The notes beneath the pieces were generated by a model that saw only the letters and a program-made list of their open reading frames with translations, had not been told where the DNA came from and did not search any database. A stretch of 41,409 nucleotides of DNA from a virus (lineage: Duplodnaviria; Caudoviricetes): the IMG/VR virus record IMGVR_UViG_3300032320_002007, positions 1 to 41,409 of that record; one strand, written 5' to 3'. Both the position numbers and the translations under genes were made by a program. The first letter of the stretch is position 1, and every line of letters starts with the position of its first letter. Of the stretch, positions 1-11,834 are shown in pieces.

Positions 1-570
1 GAAGGAATTTCTCTTGCAGTCATGGGAATTTTGGGTATTGGGTGGGGTATTACAAAATTTTGGAAATCTAAAGAAAAATCAGATAATTTTATAGCAATCC
101 ATACGGAAATTCATGAATTGCTTACCGAACTTCGTTTGAGTGCTGGAAGCATGAGAGCCACAGTGCTTCAATTTCATAATGGAGAATATTTCATGGATGG
201 TATATCTATGAGAAAATTTTCAATCACCCACGAATCTTCTCATCGTGGTTATATATCTCAGGCAGTAAAATTTAAAAATGTTCTTTGTTCTTTGTATATT
301 CCACTTTTAAATAGAATTCTTGAAAATAAAGCTGTAATCTATCATGTCGAAGGAATGTCGGAAAGTTATGCAAAGCACTTCTTTGAAGATGAAAACATCT
401 CGCACTACGCTTGCCTTCCTTTAAAAAACAAAGCAATCAATGTTGGATTTATACTAATTCAATGGCATGAAGATTTTAAGCCAAACATGGACAAAGAACA
501 TGCAATGATGGAACATTTTAAAACTATAAAAGATTCCATAGAACTTCAACTTTCATATCAGAGGAACTAA
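1..570 (+). CDS. Membrane-anchored GAF-like protein, possible T4 T-type holin (probably 5'-truncated)
   Basis: Frame is open from base 1 (EGISLAV-MGILGIGWGITKFW hydrophobic stretch). It is followed by a soluble domain with a GAF-like pattern (RATVLQFHNG...YACLPLKNKAINVGFILIQW). First ATG is at 22. Confidence 0.5.
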   Translation, partial: EGISLAVMGILGIGWGITKFWKSKEKSDNFIAIHTEIHELLTELRLSAGSMRATVLQFHNGEYFMDGISMRKFSITHESSHRGYISQAVKFKNVLCSLYIPLLNRILENKAVIYHVEGMSESYAKHFFEDENISHYACLPLKNKAINVGFILIQWHEDFKPNMDKEHAMMEHFKTIKDSIELQLSYQRN

Positions 571-571
571 T

Positions 572-1006
572 ATGCCGACAGAACTTATATCTTTGCTTGG
601 AGGTGGTGTGACGGGATTCCTATTCCGTTACTGGGCGCAAAGAGCCCAAGACCAAAAAGACATGTTCAAGATGGCTATAGAAGCCAACAAACAAACCACA
701 GACAATCAGGACAAAGCAGCCCAAAGAGTTCCTTTAGATCTAGGGAAAGGTGTGAGACAGATAATTGTACTGGCATGCCTATTTGCCGTGGTTGCTGCCC
801 CTTTCGTCTTGCCATTCTTTGGTATTTCGACCTTTGCTGAGTTTACTCAAAAACAACCAGAAAGTTTCTTTGGTTTAGTACCAGAGACAACTCGTAAGTA
901 TTTCGTAGAAATTCCTGGATATCTGTTTGCCGAAGAGAACCGCCAAGTTCTGTTGGCCGTTGTTGGCTTTTACTTTGGCACAGCCGCAGGAGGAAATAAA
1001 TCATGA
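572..1006 (+). CDS. Membrane protein with 2-3 hydrophobic segments, possibly lysis-related
   Basis: Hydrophobic segments LISLLGGGVTGFLF, IIVLACLFAVVAAPFVLPFFGI and VLLAVVGFYFG; GAGGAA RBS upstream; tightly packed with its neighbours. Confidence 0.55.
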   Translation: MPTELISLLGGGVTGFLFRYWAQRAQDQKDMFKMAIEANKQTTDNQDKAAQRVPLDLGKGVRQIIVLACLFAVVAAPFVLPFFGISTFAEFTQKQPESFFGLVPETTRKYFVEIPGYLFAEENRQVLLAVVGFYFGTAAGGNKS

Positions 1007-1269
1007 AATACCTTTTACCTCTGCTTTTACTAGCCTCCTGCACGACACCTCAGATTATTTCTCCATTGGACAAACAAGGCAATGCAGTTCATAGTGTACT
1101 AAAAGAACCTTTCTTCGGAGCACCAAATCAGGGTTCCGAATGGAGTTTTTGGTACGTCGTAATATGTCTGATTACTTTTTATGCCGTATGGAAGGAATTC
1201 AAGTCCGTCCGATGGCCCAAGAAGAAATCAGGATCTTCCGGTACTTCCGAAACCACCGATTCTATCTGA
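1003..1269 (+). CDS. Lipoprotein with C-terminal transmembrane helix (u-spanin-like topology)
   Basis: MKYLLPLLLLAS-C lipobox, WSFWYVVICLITFYAVW helix, basic tail; AGGAGG RBS upstream. Confidence 0.55.
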   Translation: MKYLLPLLLLASCTTPQIISPLDKQGNAVHSVLKEPFFGAPNQGSEWSFWYVVICLITFYAVWKEFKSVRWPKKKSGSSGTSETTDSI

Positions 1270-1746
1270 TTTCTGTTCTGGTCTGTCGTATGTCTCCATG
1301 AGCTTCATCTGCTCATATTTGACAACTTCCGCCTGAGCAATCCTGTCTCTGTCATAGATCCGAATAGCCTCTTGGGTATTCGTGTTCATCATGATGACCT
1401 TGGTTTCATAAGTATAGTCTTCGTCTACTACACCCTCGCAGTTTGCAAGAGTCAGCCCAAACTTTAAAGCCATTCCGGAACGCGGATGGAGGCGGATAGA
1501 GTAACCAGCAGGAATGTCAAAGGTAAGCCCTGTACGAATCAAGGCACGCTCGCCGGGAAGCAAAAGAATGCAGTTACCCTTTCCGCTCTCAAAAGACGGG
1601 ATAACATCTACAAACTCTTTACCAGAATAAACCCTGACTTTTTCATTCTCTGGAATGTATGCAGCAAGATCAAAGCATGCTGCCAGTTGGGTCTGATAAT
1701 TAGGATCTACAACGCTTGGATCGACTTTGTGGTAGTTTAGGTACAT
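1228..1746 (-). CDS. dut: Trimeric dUTPase
   Basis: Motifs ACFDL, HPRSGMALK, GVVDEDY, DRIAQ and RIGGFGSTG. Confidence 0.95.
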   Translation of the reverse strand: MYLNYHKVDPSVVDPNYQTQLAACFDLAAYIPENEKVRVYSGKEFVDVIPSFESGKGNCILLLPGERALIRTGLTFDIPAGYSIRLHPRSGMALKFGLTLANCEGVVDEDYTYETKVIMMNTNTQEAIRIYDRDRIAQAEVVKYEQMKLMETYDRPEQKSDRIGGFGSTGRS

Positions 1747-1752
1747 ATAAAA

Positions 1753-1780
1753 ATTATATCACAAAATACAGTTATGTCAA
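1753..1780 (-). promoter_or_regulatory. Sigma70-type promoter for dut (TTGACA-N16-TATAAT, 6 nt before ATG)
   Basis: Perfect -35 at 1775-1780 and -10 at 1753-1758 on the minus strand; no room for an RBS. Confidence 0.75.
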
Positions 1781-2058
1781 CAATCTATAGCCGTATTAAA
1801 ATCACCTAAAGTTTTAATATGGTCATAGATTTGATGTATAACATTAATTTGAGAGTTTTCTGGGCAAATAATATTTTCAGATATTGTGTACTCAAAAGTT
1901 TTTAAAATATTTGAACCATTATTTTTTGATTCTTCGTCCAAATATCCAGCAACAATTACTTCTACGGTTTTGTCTGTTCTATTGAAATGAACGTTTAAAA
2001 CTTTCCAATATGAAGCATTGACGCCATAGTCCGTGCTTATTACTTGCGAGAGTGCCAT
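1777..2058 (-). CDS. Small phage protein at the end of the fibre operon (possible fibre assembly chaperone)
   Basis: 93 aa; start overlaps the upstream stop (TAATG); last gene of the structural cluster. Confidence 0.5.
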   Translation of the reverse strand: MALSQVISTDYGVNASYWKVLNVHFNRTDKTVEVIVAGYLDEESKNNGSNILKTFEYTISENIICPENSQINVIHQIYDHIKTLGDFNTAIDC

Positions 2059-3554
2059 TATTCGAAATATCCAATTATTGTTACGTTTCCACGAATAGCA
2101 CCCGTTGCAGTTGCGGCGTTGGAGATATCTCTCATAATTACCGTTACAAAGTTACCGGGGGCACAGATAAGAGGTGCAGATGAGAAGTCTACTTGGAAAC
2201 CGGGTGAAGTTGTACCCACTGGGGCAGATACCAAGAATCCTTGACCGCCTAGTGTTACTCTTCTATATGCCGTTGTAGTTGCTGTATCCGAAACAGTTGC
2301 CAGGGTTAGTGAGGTAGCATTAGCGCCGATACCCCACTGGAGATAGTGATAGTGAGCGGATAGAAGAGTGGTAACAACTGCTTCACCAATTCTTACAGCA
2401 GTAATGTACAGTGTCTTACCCGGAACAGTTGAGCTGCCTATCGGGTTCTGGTAAGAGAACATGATAAAATCTGTTTCAGCAGCAGTTGCTGCAACAGTAA
2501 ACTGATACTGACCGCCGAGAGATGCATAAGTTGCCGCAGGAAGTGCGCTGTTCGATAGCGTCATTGCGGCTGGTGCTGCGCTGACTACGTAGTTTGCCGT
2601 AATAGGTAAAGTCAATGATGCTGTACCGGGCTGAACTTGGTAAGAACCACCACCAGCGCCAACCATGGCATGTCCCCAAGTCTTGTTGGTGTTCATGTCG
2701 CCCTGCGAGATGTTCACCCAAGCAACTTCGATCTTTTTGGCAGCAGATGCAGGAGCACCAGCTGGAACATAAGTTCTAAATTGCAGTGGTGCCTGTGATG
2801 CAGAAGCCAAAGATGGCTGAGAGGATGGACATGGAATGGACGCGACAAGAACATCGTTTATCCAGAATCTTACGATATCGTTATGAATTACGATTAGGTA
2901 GTGGCTTACCTCTGTGGGACTATAACTTCCAATATCATCTCTCGGAGGAACATTCGTTGTATCAATATCAACTGTGGTTTCGGTACCGCCGAAGGATGCA
3001 ATTGCTCTTAAATTTCCGCCGGGAAGTCTTCTGAAGAAGACACCGTCCGTTGGAGCAATGATGGATGTTGTCGAGGCAAGATGGAACAGTCCCCATTCGT
3101 TAATTGCAAATGTTGCGTCAGCGCTTGCTTCGCGCAACCACATTTCGCAGTAAGTGGGGTATGTACCGAACAGAGGAAACATTCTATAAGTACGAACAGC
3201 AGCCACGCTGCTTGCTGCGGTTGTGTTGGATGAGTTTAGAGTTACAAATCCGTTGGCCTGTGCAATTGTATAAGATGTAGTGTTGAACTGCAAATGACCC
3301 GAAGCCTGGTTAGTACCTTCGAATGCCAAGTTGAACATGGTTTGGTCTTGACCAACGCGAAGACGGTAATCGTCAGAAACTTCAGAAGGAATGCTCGTCG
3401 GTGTGCCCAATACGGTTCCGTCATCGATCTGTGAACTCATATGAGCAAAACCAGCATCGTCTACTACGGTTGGGGTAACAACCTGCAAATCGTAAGTAGA
3501 TGTTACGTTTGCCAAACCAGCCGAATTGTTTCCACCTTTAATCTGTACGCCCAT
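2058..3554 (-). CDS. Putative virion structural protein, beta-rich/lectin-like
   Basis: 498 aa, Ala/Thr/Ser/Gly-rich, AAGGAG RBS; shares motifs with the 4811-6043 product. Confidence 0.55.
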   Translation of the reverse strand: MGVQIKGGNNSAGLANVTSTYDLQVVTPTVVDDAGFAHMSSQIDDGTVLGTPTSIPSEVSDDYRLRVGQDQTMFNLAFEGTNQASGHLQFNTTSYTIAQANGFVTLNSSNTTAASSVAAVRTYRMFPLFGTYPTYCEMWLREASADATFAINEWGLFHLASTTSIIAPTDGVFFRRLPGGNLRAIASFGGTETTVDIDTTNVPPRDDIGSYSPTEVSHYLIVIHNDIVRFWINDVLVASIPCPSSQPSLASASQAPLQFRTYVPAGAPASAAKKIEVAWVNISQGDMNTNKTWGHAMVGAGGGSYQVQPGTASLTLPITANYVVSAAPAAMTLSNSALPAATYASLGGQYQFTVAATAAETDFIMFSYQNPIGSSTVPGKTLYITAVRIGEAVVTTLLSAHYHYLQWGIGANATSLTLATVSDTATTTAYRRVTLGGQGFLVSAPVGTTSPGFQVDFSSAPLICAPGNFVTVIMRDISNAATATGAIRGNVTIIGYFE

Positions 3555-3569
3555 TTTTTTATATTCTCC

Positions 3570-4784
3570 TTATTGTCCTATGCACTTAACTGTGTATTTT
3601 CCGTATGTTCCGTTGGGGGCATGACCTATTATATCAAACCCTATCGTGGGAACTATGTTATTTATCTCAAACTGAACACCTTCCAGAATGGCATCCTCTG
3701 CCGTGTGATCTGCAGATGTCAATCCCATTATTTTGCACGTGATGAAGGAATTGGCAGTCACCCAAGACTGTCCCGTAATTCCTTTCACTACGTAGCTTCC
3801 GTCTCTCTGAAGAACTTCTTTGCCGCTAAAAGTATTCCAAAAATCTTCAACTACAAAGGCACCAGTTCTCCAAGAAATTTGTGCGCTTGAAAAATTTTCT
3901 GCAGATATCGTCTCTGCAGTTTTAGAAGATGGGAACGGAGGTTTTGCAACAACATCCAATACCCAACCCAAAGTTTCATCATTTCTTGTAGTTATGCTAA
4001 CCACATTGTCTAGAGTTACAAAATTTGAAGTTGTACTGGATGAAACGTAAAAAACTACCAGATTGCTAGATGTATCGCTATATTTAACTACAGACAGAGG
4101 GGTTGAGAAATCTGCACCCAATCCAGAAATAGTAAACTTTAGATAATTTATTGTTTCTGTAAAGTCTATTGTTTGAGTGGTAAACGTATTTCCACTTACA
4201 GAAGAAGTAGCTGCAATGGTAAATGTATTTCCAGATACACTTAAAGTTATTCCAGATCCTGCTGCAAAATTTACTGCACCAGTGCGACCGTTAATATTCA
4301 AAATTCCAGTATTTGAAACAGTTAAAGTATTTCCACTTACAGACAAGCCTATTCCAGAATCATTAGTAATACCAACGGTTCCAGTAAGTCCCCTAATACT
4401 ACTCACACCCTGAACAGAACCAGTTAAGCCGTTGAAACTAGATACACCCTGAACAGAGCCCGTCAGACCGTTAAACGAAACTACGTATGGACCAACGGGT
4501 CCAGTGGCTCCAGTCGCTCCAGTAGCACCGGTTGCTCCACCACCACCGGGACCACCTCCACCGGTATAGTCAATTGTTAGAGTATTTCCCGCTGGGGTTA
4601 CAGATATTGAAGTTCCCGCAGCAATATTAATTGATCCACAAAGACCATTTAATTGTGAAACATATTGTGTCAGACCACCTGCAGGACTATAAACATCCCA
4701 CGCGGTACCGTTCCAAATCCAGGAACGACCCTCATATGTGTAAATATAACCTATTGTTGGGGATGGAGGAAAATCTAGTGGCAT
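3570..4784 (-). CDS. Tail/virion fibre protein with modular repeats
   Basis: N-terminus MPLDFPPSPTIG..YTYEGRSWIWNGTAW, short GAT collagen run, repeated VSSFNGLTGSV and SGNTLTI modules; ATAAATA late promoter upstream. Confidence 0.7.
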   Translation of the reverse strand: MPLDFPPSPTIGYIYTYEGRSWIWNGTAWDVYSPAGGLTQYVSQLNGLCGSINIAAGTSISVTPAGNTLTIDYTGGGGPGGGGATGATGATGATGPVGPYVVSFNGLTGSVQGVSSFNGLTGSVQGVSSIRGLTGTVGITNDSGIGLSVSGNTLTVSNTGILNINGRTGAVNFAAGSGITLSVSGNTFTIAATSSVSGNTFTTQTIDFTETINYLKFTISGLGADFSTPLSVVKYSDTSSNLVVFYVSSSTTSNFVTLDNVVSITTRNDETLGWVLDVVAKPPFPSSKTAETISAENFSSAQISWRTGAFVVEDFWNTFSGKEVLQRDGSYVVKGITGQSWVTANSFITCKIMGLTSADHTAEDAILEGVQFEINNIVPTIGFDIIGHAPNGTYGKYTVKCIGQ

Positions 4785-4810
4785 GTCTTAATATTTATCC
4801 AATTTACAGG

Positions 4811-6043
4811 TTATCTGCTAATCTCTTCCCAATCCACCGATGCAAATACTTTGCTATTATTTTGTGAAGCGGTAATAGCCAAAATTAATTGATGTGGAGT
4901 ATTTGTAAGATTATTTCTTGAAAGTTGGGTGTTTAAAATTTGTGATTTGTCTAAATTTATTACACCACCTATATTTGTTTTGGAACTAAAATATCCACTT
5001 GCCAAAACCTTTCCAGTTCCTGTTATGGCAGTTCCTGTAAGATTATATTCTACTGAACTATTGTCTCCAGCAGAAAACCACAATCCTCCGCTAACGCCAA
5101 CCCCGGAACCATTCAAAATTCTGTAATTATAGTTTTCTCCAGATGTTTGCGGTATGATGCTAAGTGCGCTGAATATAACACATGCATCAAGGGCTGTATT
5201 TTTTAATCGAATAGCAGCAGCAGGATAATAAATATCAGCGACAGGTAAATTGTATTCGCTTCCAAATGGAGTTGAAACGGATTGCTGTGTTCCACTCAAT
5301 TGATAACCACCCTCAGAAAGAACGGTAGAACAAATTTGAAACATTGTACTGCCAGCTGCTTGTGCAGTTGTATTTGTTATCTCATATCTTATTGGAAGTG
5401 TTGCTGTCGTAAAATACGTTCCGGTTATTCCATTGGCATGCTGGAAGGAATGGCAATGAATAATATTACCATCGATAATAAATCCAAGCCGATTTGTTCC
5501 TGCTCCTAGCCATTCAATGTCTGTCCACCAAATCTGGCTTTTACTGATATCCAGTGAAATGCCAGAAGGCCCATTTCCGTCAAGAGGGTCTATGTTCCAA
5601 TTACCTTGAGTAACTTTAGTTTCAGTAACAGAGCCACTGGAGCTGCTGCGCTTGACAAAAGAAAGTGTTGCGCCTTCCAGTTCAACAAATAAGCCATTGC
5701 TTGCACCAAAATAACCTACTCGCTGACGCAAGCCAGACTTTGCTGGATTCATTGTGAATGTATTGATGTTTAGCAAAGATTTGCCGGGTTGATATGGAAA
5801 CACTCTCTCTGTTTCTCTTATTAATTCGCTGCCAGCTGCAGTACCAACACTTAACATCATGAATCCACCGTTTGCATTAAATCCTGCGGTTGCCCCTCCA
5901 GTTGCTCCAGTTGACCATAAACCGTTATCATGATAACGGTGAGAAGAGTCGAAGAGAGTAAATGGTTCCGATACTCGCAATCTCTCAAAGGAATCTTTTG
6001 CTGTTGGTACAAACCCTGTTTGATTGTTAAAAAGATAACTCAT
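4811..6043 (-). CDS. Putative virion structural protein, beta-rich
   Basis: Likely start MSYLFNNQ at 6043 overlapping the upstream stop; motifs DSFERLRVSEPFTLFD, YQPGKS, WLGAG; ends WEEISR. Confidence 0.6.
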   Translation of the reverse strand: MSYLFNNQTGFVPTAKDSFERLRVSEPFTLFDSSHRYHDNGLWSTGATGGATAGFNANGGFMMLSVGTAAGSELIRETERVFPYQPGKSLLNINTFTMNPAKSGLRQRVGYFGASNGLFVELEGATLSFVKRSSSSGSVTETKVTQGNWNIDPLDGNGPSGISLDISKSQIWWTDIEWLGAGTNRLGFIIDGNIIHCHSFQHANGITGTYFTTATLPIRYEITNTTAQAAGSTMFQICSTVLSEGGYQLSGTQQSVSTPFGSEYNLPVADIYYPAAAIRLKNTALDACVIFSALSIIPQTSGENYNYRILNGSGVGVSGGLWFSAGDNSSVEYNLTGTAITGTGKVLASGYFSSKTNIGGVINLDKSQILNTQLSRNNLTNTPHQLILAITASQNNSKVFASVDWEEISR

Positions 6044-7860
6044 ATTATTCTCCATCCATTTCTGTAAATGAAATGTAACCCGGCATTGTCTAGATTAATT
6101 ATTGCTGAACTTTGATTATCAATTGTGTGTGATGCGGTAGCACCCACAATAGTTATTCGTCTTGATGTGCCACCACCCGCATTTCCAGATTCATCCTTAA
6201 CTACAATTTCTCTTCCCGTTTCTGGGTTGGTTGGAAGAGTTATAGTAACGGGACCTGCGTAACTTACTCCGATATAATAATCGGAAGAAAGAGCTGCGTA
6301 TGTTGCACCAGTAACACCAGTAGTTGCAAGAATAGAAATGCTTGATCCAGCACCACCTCCGCTATTTGACGGCTGTATCCATTGAGTGGTACCGTTTAAA
6401 TCTATTATATAAACATATTCAATTCCACTGTCAGAATCCATCCACCTACTGCCGAGTGTTATTCCAGAATTTACAGGAGCGTTTTCTTGATAATAAAAAT
6501 CTATTGCCCCAGTAACACCTCTTTCTCCAGTCAACCCCGGAGAACCTGTAGGTCCTGCTGGTCCTGTTGGACCCAGATTTCCAGAACCACCTGATATATC
6601 AACTGTTACGTTTTTTCCTTGACGAGTTACGGAAACACCGGATCCGGTAAAATTGATGTCATTTACGGATTTTATTATCCGTCTTCCATCTTCTTTAATC
6701 CCAACTGCACCACCGCCGGGACTAATCATTCCAGATAGGTTGTTTATGGCGTTTTGTATATCTGTATTTTTAAACTGATCCATAACTTTGGTCAGTTTAT
6801 CAGAATCAAATTTTAAAACACCTTCTTCTAGAATTAGAGGGTATTCAGCATTTACTACAGGTGATTTTCCATCTTGTCCTGCTGGTCCAATTGGTCCGAT
6901 TGGTCCAATCTCTCCTTTTGGTCCAATAGGACCTTGAGGGCCCACAGATCCTCTATCACCTTTATCTCCCTTTTCTCCACGCGGACCTTCTGGGCCAATG
7001 GGGCCTTGAGGTCCAACTTCACCAGCAGTTCCATTTTGACCGGGTATGCCTTGTTCGCCTTGCGGTCCCCGAAGACCCATAGGACCAATTTGTCCAACCT
7101 CTCCTTTATCGCCTTTATCACCCTTTTCTCCTTTATCGCCTTTTGGGCCAACCAAACCCGGATCTCCTTTTGGTCCAGGTTCTCCTCTTTCACCTGCTGG
7201 GCCTATAGGGCCAGGGATTCCTTGTATGCCCTGTTCACCTTTTTCTCCGATTGGACCCATTGGACCAACCGGTCCCACTTCTCCCTGCTGTCCTTTATCG
7301 CCCTTTTCTCCACGTAAACCTTGAGAACCAACAACTGGAGTTGTTTCTTTGATTATTGTTCGTTCAACAACTTCAATTTTTGTTTGTGGTTTGACCGTAA
7401 CTTTTGGTTTAACAATAGGTATTGAAACTTCCTCAAACAAATTTTTAATTTGGTTTGAGTTTCCATAAACTTTTAATATCTTATTGTTTTGTTGTATGAA
7501 ATACTGCTCGCTTATTCCATTTCCGAGTTGCAGTTTTTCATCATACTGACATGGTTCAATAAGTTTTAATTGTTGGTTTTGGAGAAGCGATCCAACAGGT
7601 CTTTTTACTTTGTAGAGGGTTCCAGAAATAGTTTCAAAGGTTTTTGTTGGAACAAAATACTCTTTGATCTTCGAGATATTTCCCTCGATCAAATACTCTT
7701 CACCATCTGAAGATTTTAAAAATAATTGGCTTATTCCAGAGCCAATTTTTATTTTTCTTGGGTTATTAAGAGATTCTGTTATATAATACTCACATCCCAT
7801 CAGCAGTTCTGGATGCTGTTTTGCCAGTTTTAGAGATGTTTTGTTCTTTCCGAAGAACAT
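6040..7860 (-). CDS. Collagen-like (Gly-X-Y) fibre protein
   Basis: About 50 consecutive Gly-X-Y triplets (~6872-7328), charged type (GEK, GDK, GPI), plus a short GPT run and C-terminal beta modules. Confidence 0.85.
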   Translation of the reverse strand: MFFGKNKTSLKLAKQHPELLMGCEYYITESLNNPRKIKIGSGISQLFLKSSDGEEYLIEGNISKIKEYFVPTKTFETISGTLYKVKRPVGSLLQNQQLKLIEPCQYDEKLQLGNGISEQYFIQQNNKILKVYGNSNQIKNLFEEVSIPIVKPKVTVKPQTKIEVVERTIIKETTPVVGSQGLRGEKGDKGQQGEVGPVGPMGPIGEKGEQGIQGIPGPIGPAGERGEPGPKGDPGLVGPKGDKGEKGDKGDKGEVGQIGPMGLRGPQGEQGIPGQNGTAGEVGPQGPIGPEGPRGEKGDKGDRGSVGPQGPIGPKGEIGPIGPIGPAGQDGKSPVVNAEYPLILEEGVLKFDSDKLTKVMDQFKNTDIQNAINNLSGMISPGGGAVGIKEDGRRIIKSVNDINFTGSGVSVTRQGKNVTVDISGGSGNLGPTGPAGPTGSPGLTGERGVTGAIDFYYQENAPVNSGITLGSRWMDSDSGIEYVYIIDLNGTTQWIQPSNSGGGAGSSISILATTGVTGATYAALSSDYYIGVSYAGPVTITLPTNPETGREIVVKDESGNAGGGTSRRITIVGATASHTIDNQSSAIINLDNAGLHFIYRNGWRII

Positions 7861-7879
7861 TAGTTTGTATTATTTATCT

Positions 7880-10060
<2,181 letters not shown>

Positions 10061-10084
10061 GGTTACCTATTATTTAGGACTTGC

Positions 10085-11575
10085 TTACCAAGATGTCAAT
10101 CCGGCACGTCTCCAACTATTGGTTCCAATGCATACGTATATGTAATCATTATCCCAAGCAAAGGCACCAGTAGTTCCACTGGCAGCAGAAGATCCCGGTG
10201 TAAATTTGTTTGCAACATACAGATAGGTTCCACCGGCATAAATATCACCCCTCACATGCAATGGATATTGCGGTTCACGAATTCCAGCTAAACCAATAAA
10301 TCCAGAACAATTTCCAGTAATCCAGGCTGTTCTTCCTGTTCCTACCATTAGCTGACATGACCCCAAATTGGCATTTGGTGTTCTGGTAACGTTTGAAGAT
10401 GCTTGCAGTCCAGTTAAATATGCAGAACCAATAATTACAGACCCAGTTAAACCAAAAGTGGTATTTGATGCTGCTTGTTGACCTATTATTATATTTCCAT
10501 AATAATCATATAAATCAGTGGCTGTCGATGCCACTTCTCGTCCAATAAAAATATTATTTTGAGCAGTCCCAGGAAATGCCCCCATTATATTATTACCTAA
10601 ACCTATATTATTTCTAGATTCAGCTGTTTGTGCAAATTGTACAGATCCAATAGAAACAGTATCTAATACTGAAGAAGCAGCATTGAACGAATTATTTCCA
10701 ACTATTAAGCTGCTAACCATATTTTGAGCACAAGCACCACTCCGATTACCAAATATTAAAATACCGGTAGGACTGTTAAAAGTTTCGCCAAAATTTCCAT
10801 TTCCAACAATAGCGCTATCGATAAATGCAAGATTATCTGGATATCTATTGTATCCCATTATAATGGTTCTAGAGGTACTAGCTAGTGTTCCTTGATAATT
10901 ACCAGTAAACCCACCAAGTACAACATATTCTCTTTGTTTACTAAAATGCATCTGTGATACACTTTGGTATGAAGTACCACCATCTAAAAATGTCAACCTG
11001 TCGCCAAATATTCCTGAAGTTGTTGATCCTGTAGAATCAATTAAGGACATAGAAGAAATTATACTTTTATTAGCTCTAATTAAACCATCAAAAATTTGAA
11101 CATTAGAAAAAGTCTGTCCTATATTTGTGAATGCCACGTTAGTTACAACACCCGTAGAACCATTTATCGATTGAACATATTGTGATAATCCAGAAGGAGC
11201 TCCGGTAGTTGCAAATGTTAAGGTATTTCCACTGATGCTAAGAGTCATTCCACTGCCGGATGCAAAAACAATTGCACCACTTAAACCATTTACGCTATTG
11301 ACTCCCGCACAAGCACCACCGATGTTTGCAAAGGTCAAGGTATTTCCACTGACGTTAAGAGTTAATCCGGTTCCTGCTGTCAAAACTACTGAACCACTTA
11401 AACCATTTAAAGTAAAATTACCCGCAGAAGAAACAGTTCCAACAGTCACTCCACCCGGAGTCGTTCCATCTCCAACATATAAAATTTTTGTATCGGTTGC
11501 ATAAATCAATTCACCAGACGATGCTGTATAACCTAAACGCTGTGAATTTGTTCCTCTTTTAATTTGAAATGCCAT
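10085..11575 (-). CDS. Tail fibre/adhesin with Mtd-N/hyaluronidase-like N-terminus
   Basis: MAFQIKRGT..GELIYATDTKILYVGDG N-terminus, beta-roll-like NxxIG repeats, C-terminal WDNDYIYVCIGTNSWRR; TATAAATA and GGAG upstream. Confidence 0.75.
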   Translation of the reverse strand: MAFQIKRGTNSQRLGYTASSGELIYATDTKILYVGDGTTPGGVTVGTVSSAGNFTLNGLSGSVVLTAGTGLTLNVSGNTLTFANIGGACAGVNSVNGLSGAIVFASGSGMTLSISGNTLTFATTGAPSGLSQYVQSINGSTGVVTNVAFTNIGQTFSNVQIFDGLIRANKSIISSMSLIDSTGSTTSGIFGDRLTFLDGGTSYQSVSQMHFSKQREYVVLGGFTGNYQGTLASTSRTIIMGYNRYPDNLAFIDSAIVGNGNFGETFNSPTGILIFGNRSGACAQNMVSSLIVGNNSFNAASSVLDTVSIGSVQFAQTAESRNNIGLGNNIMGAFPGTAQNNIFIGREVASTATDLYDYYGNIIIGQQAASNTTFGLTGSVIIGSAYLTGLQASSNVTRTPNANLGSCQLMVGTGRTAWITGNCSGFIGLAGIREPQYPLHVRGDIYAGGTYLYVANKFTPGSSAASGTTGAFAWDNDYIYVCIGTNSWRRAGLTSW

Positions 11576-11593
11576 GTTTTCTCCGGTTATTGG

Positions 11594-11601
11594 TATTTAT
11601 A
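11594..11601 (-). promoter_or_regulatory. gp55-dependent late promoter TATAAATA (representative of a family)
   Basis: Exact T4 consensus. (A/C)TAAATA also precedes genes at 4792, 7871, 10071, 12282, 17086, 21060, 37422, 38996 and 40071 (-) and at 34676 and 36180 (+). Confidence 0.75.
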
Positions 11602-11833
11602 GTGTTCCTTCATCGACCACTGCGCTATTTGGTGCACCTATGGTTCCCATATCATAATTTCCTACCTGCAATATGAAATCCAAAACATTTGATACTGTAA
11701 CACCCAAAGAACCAAAATTTATATTAGTTGTTAATATAGTGTCTCCAGTTGGACCAGTTGGCCCTGCTGGACCCTGAATTCCGTATGGAGCATTATAGAG
11801 TGTTACATTTGGAAATAAATTGCTGGAAGGCAT
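11597..11833 (-). CDS. Small structural protein with a short GPT collagen segment
   Basis: 78 aa; LYNAPYGIQGPAGPTGPTG resembles the N-terminus of the 7880-10060 product ([19 protein letters not shown]). Confidence 0.6.
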   Translation of the reverse strand: MPSSNLFPNVTLYNAPYGIQGPAGPTGPTGDTILTTNINFGSLGVTVSNVLDFILQVGNYDMGTIGAPNSAVVDEGTL

Positions 11834-11834
11834 T

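Noticed and set aside
10085-11575. Diversity-generating retroelement suggested by the Mtd-like N-terminus
   Set aside because: No reverse transcriptase and no template/variable repeat pair seen in the window.
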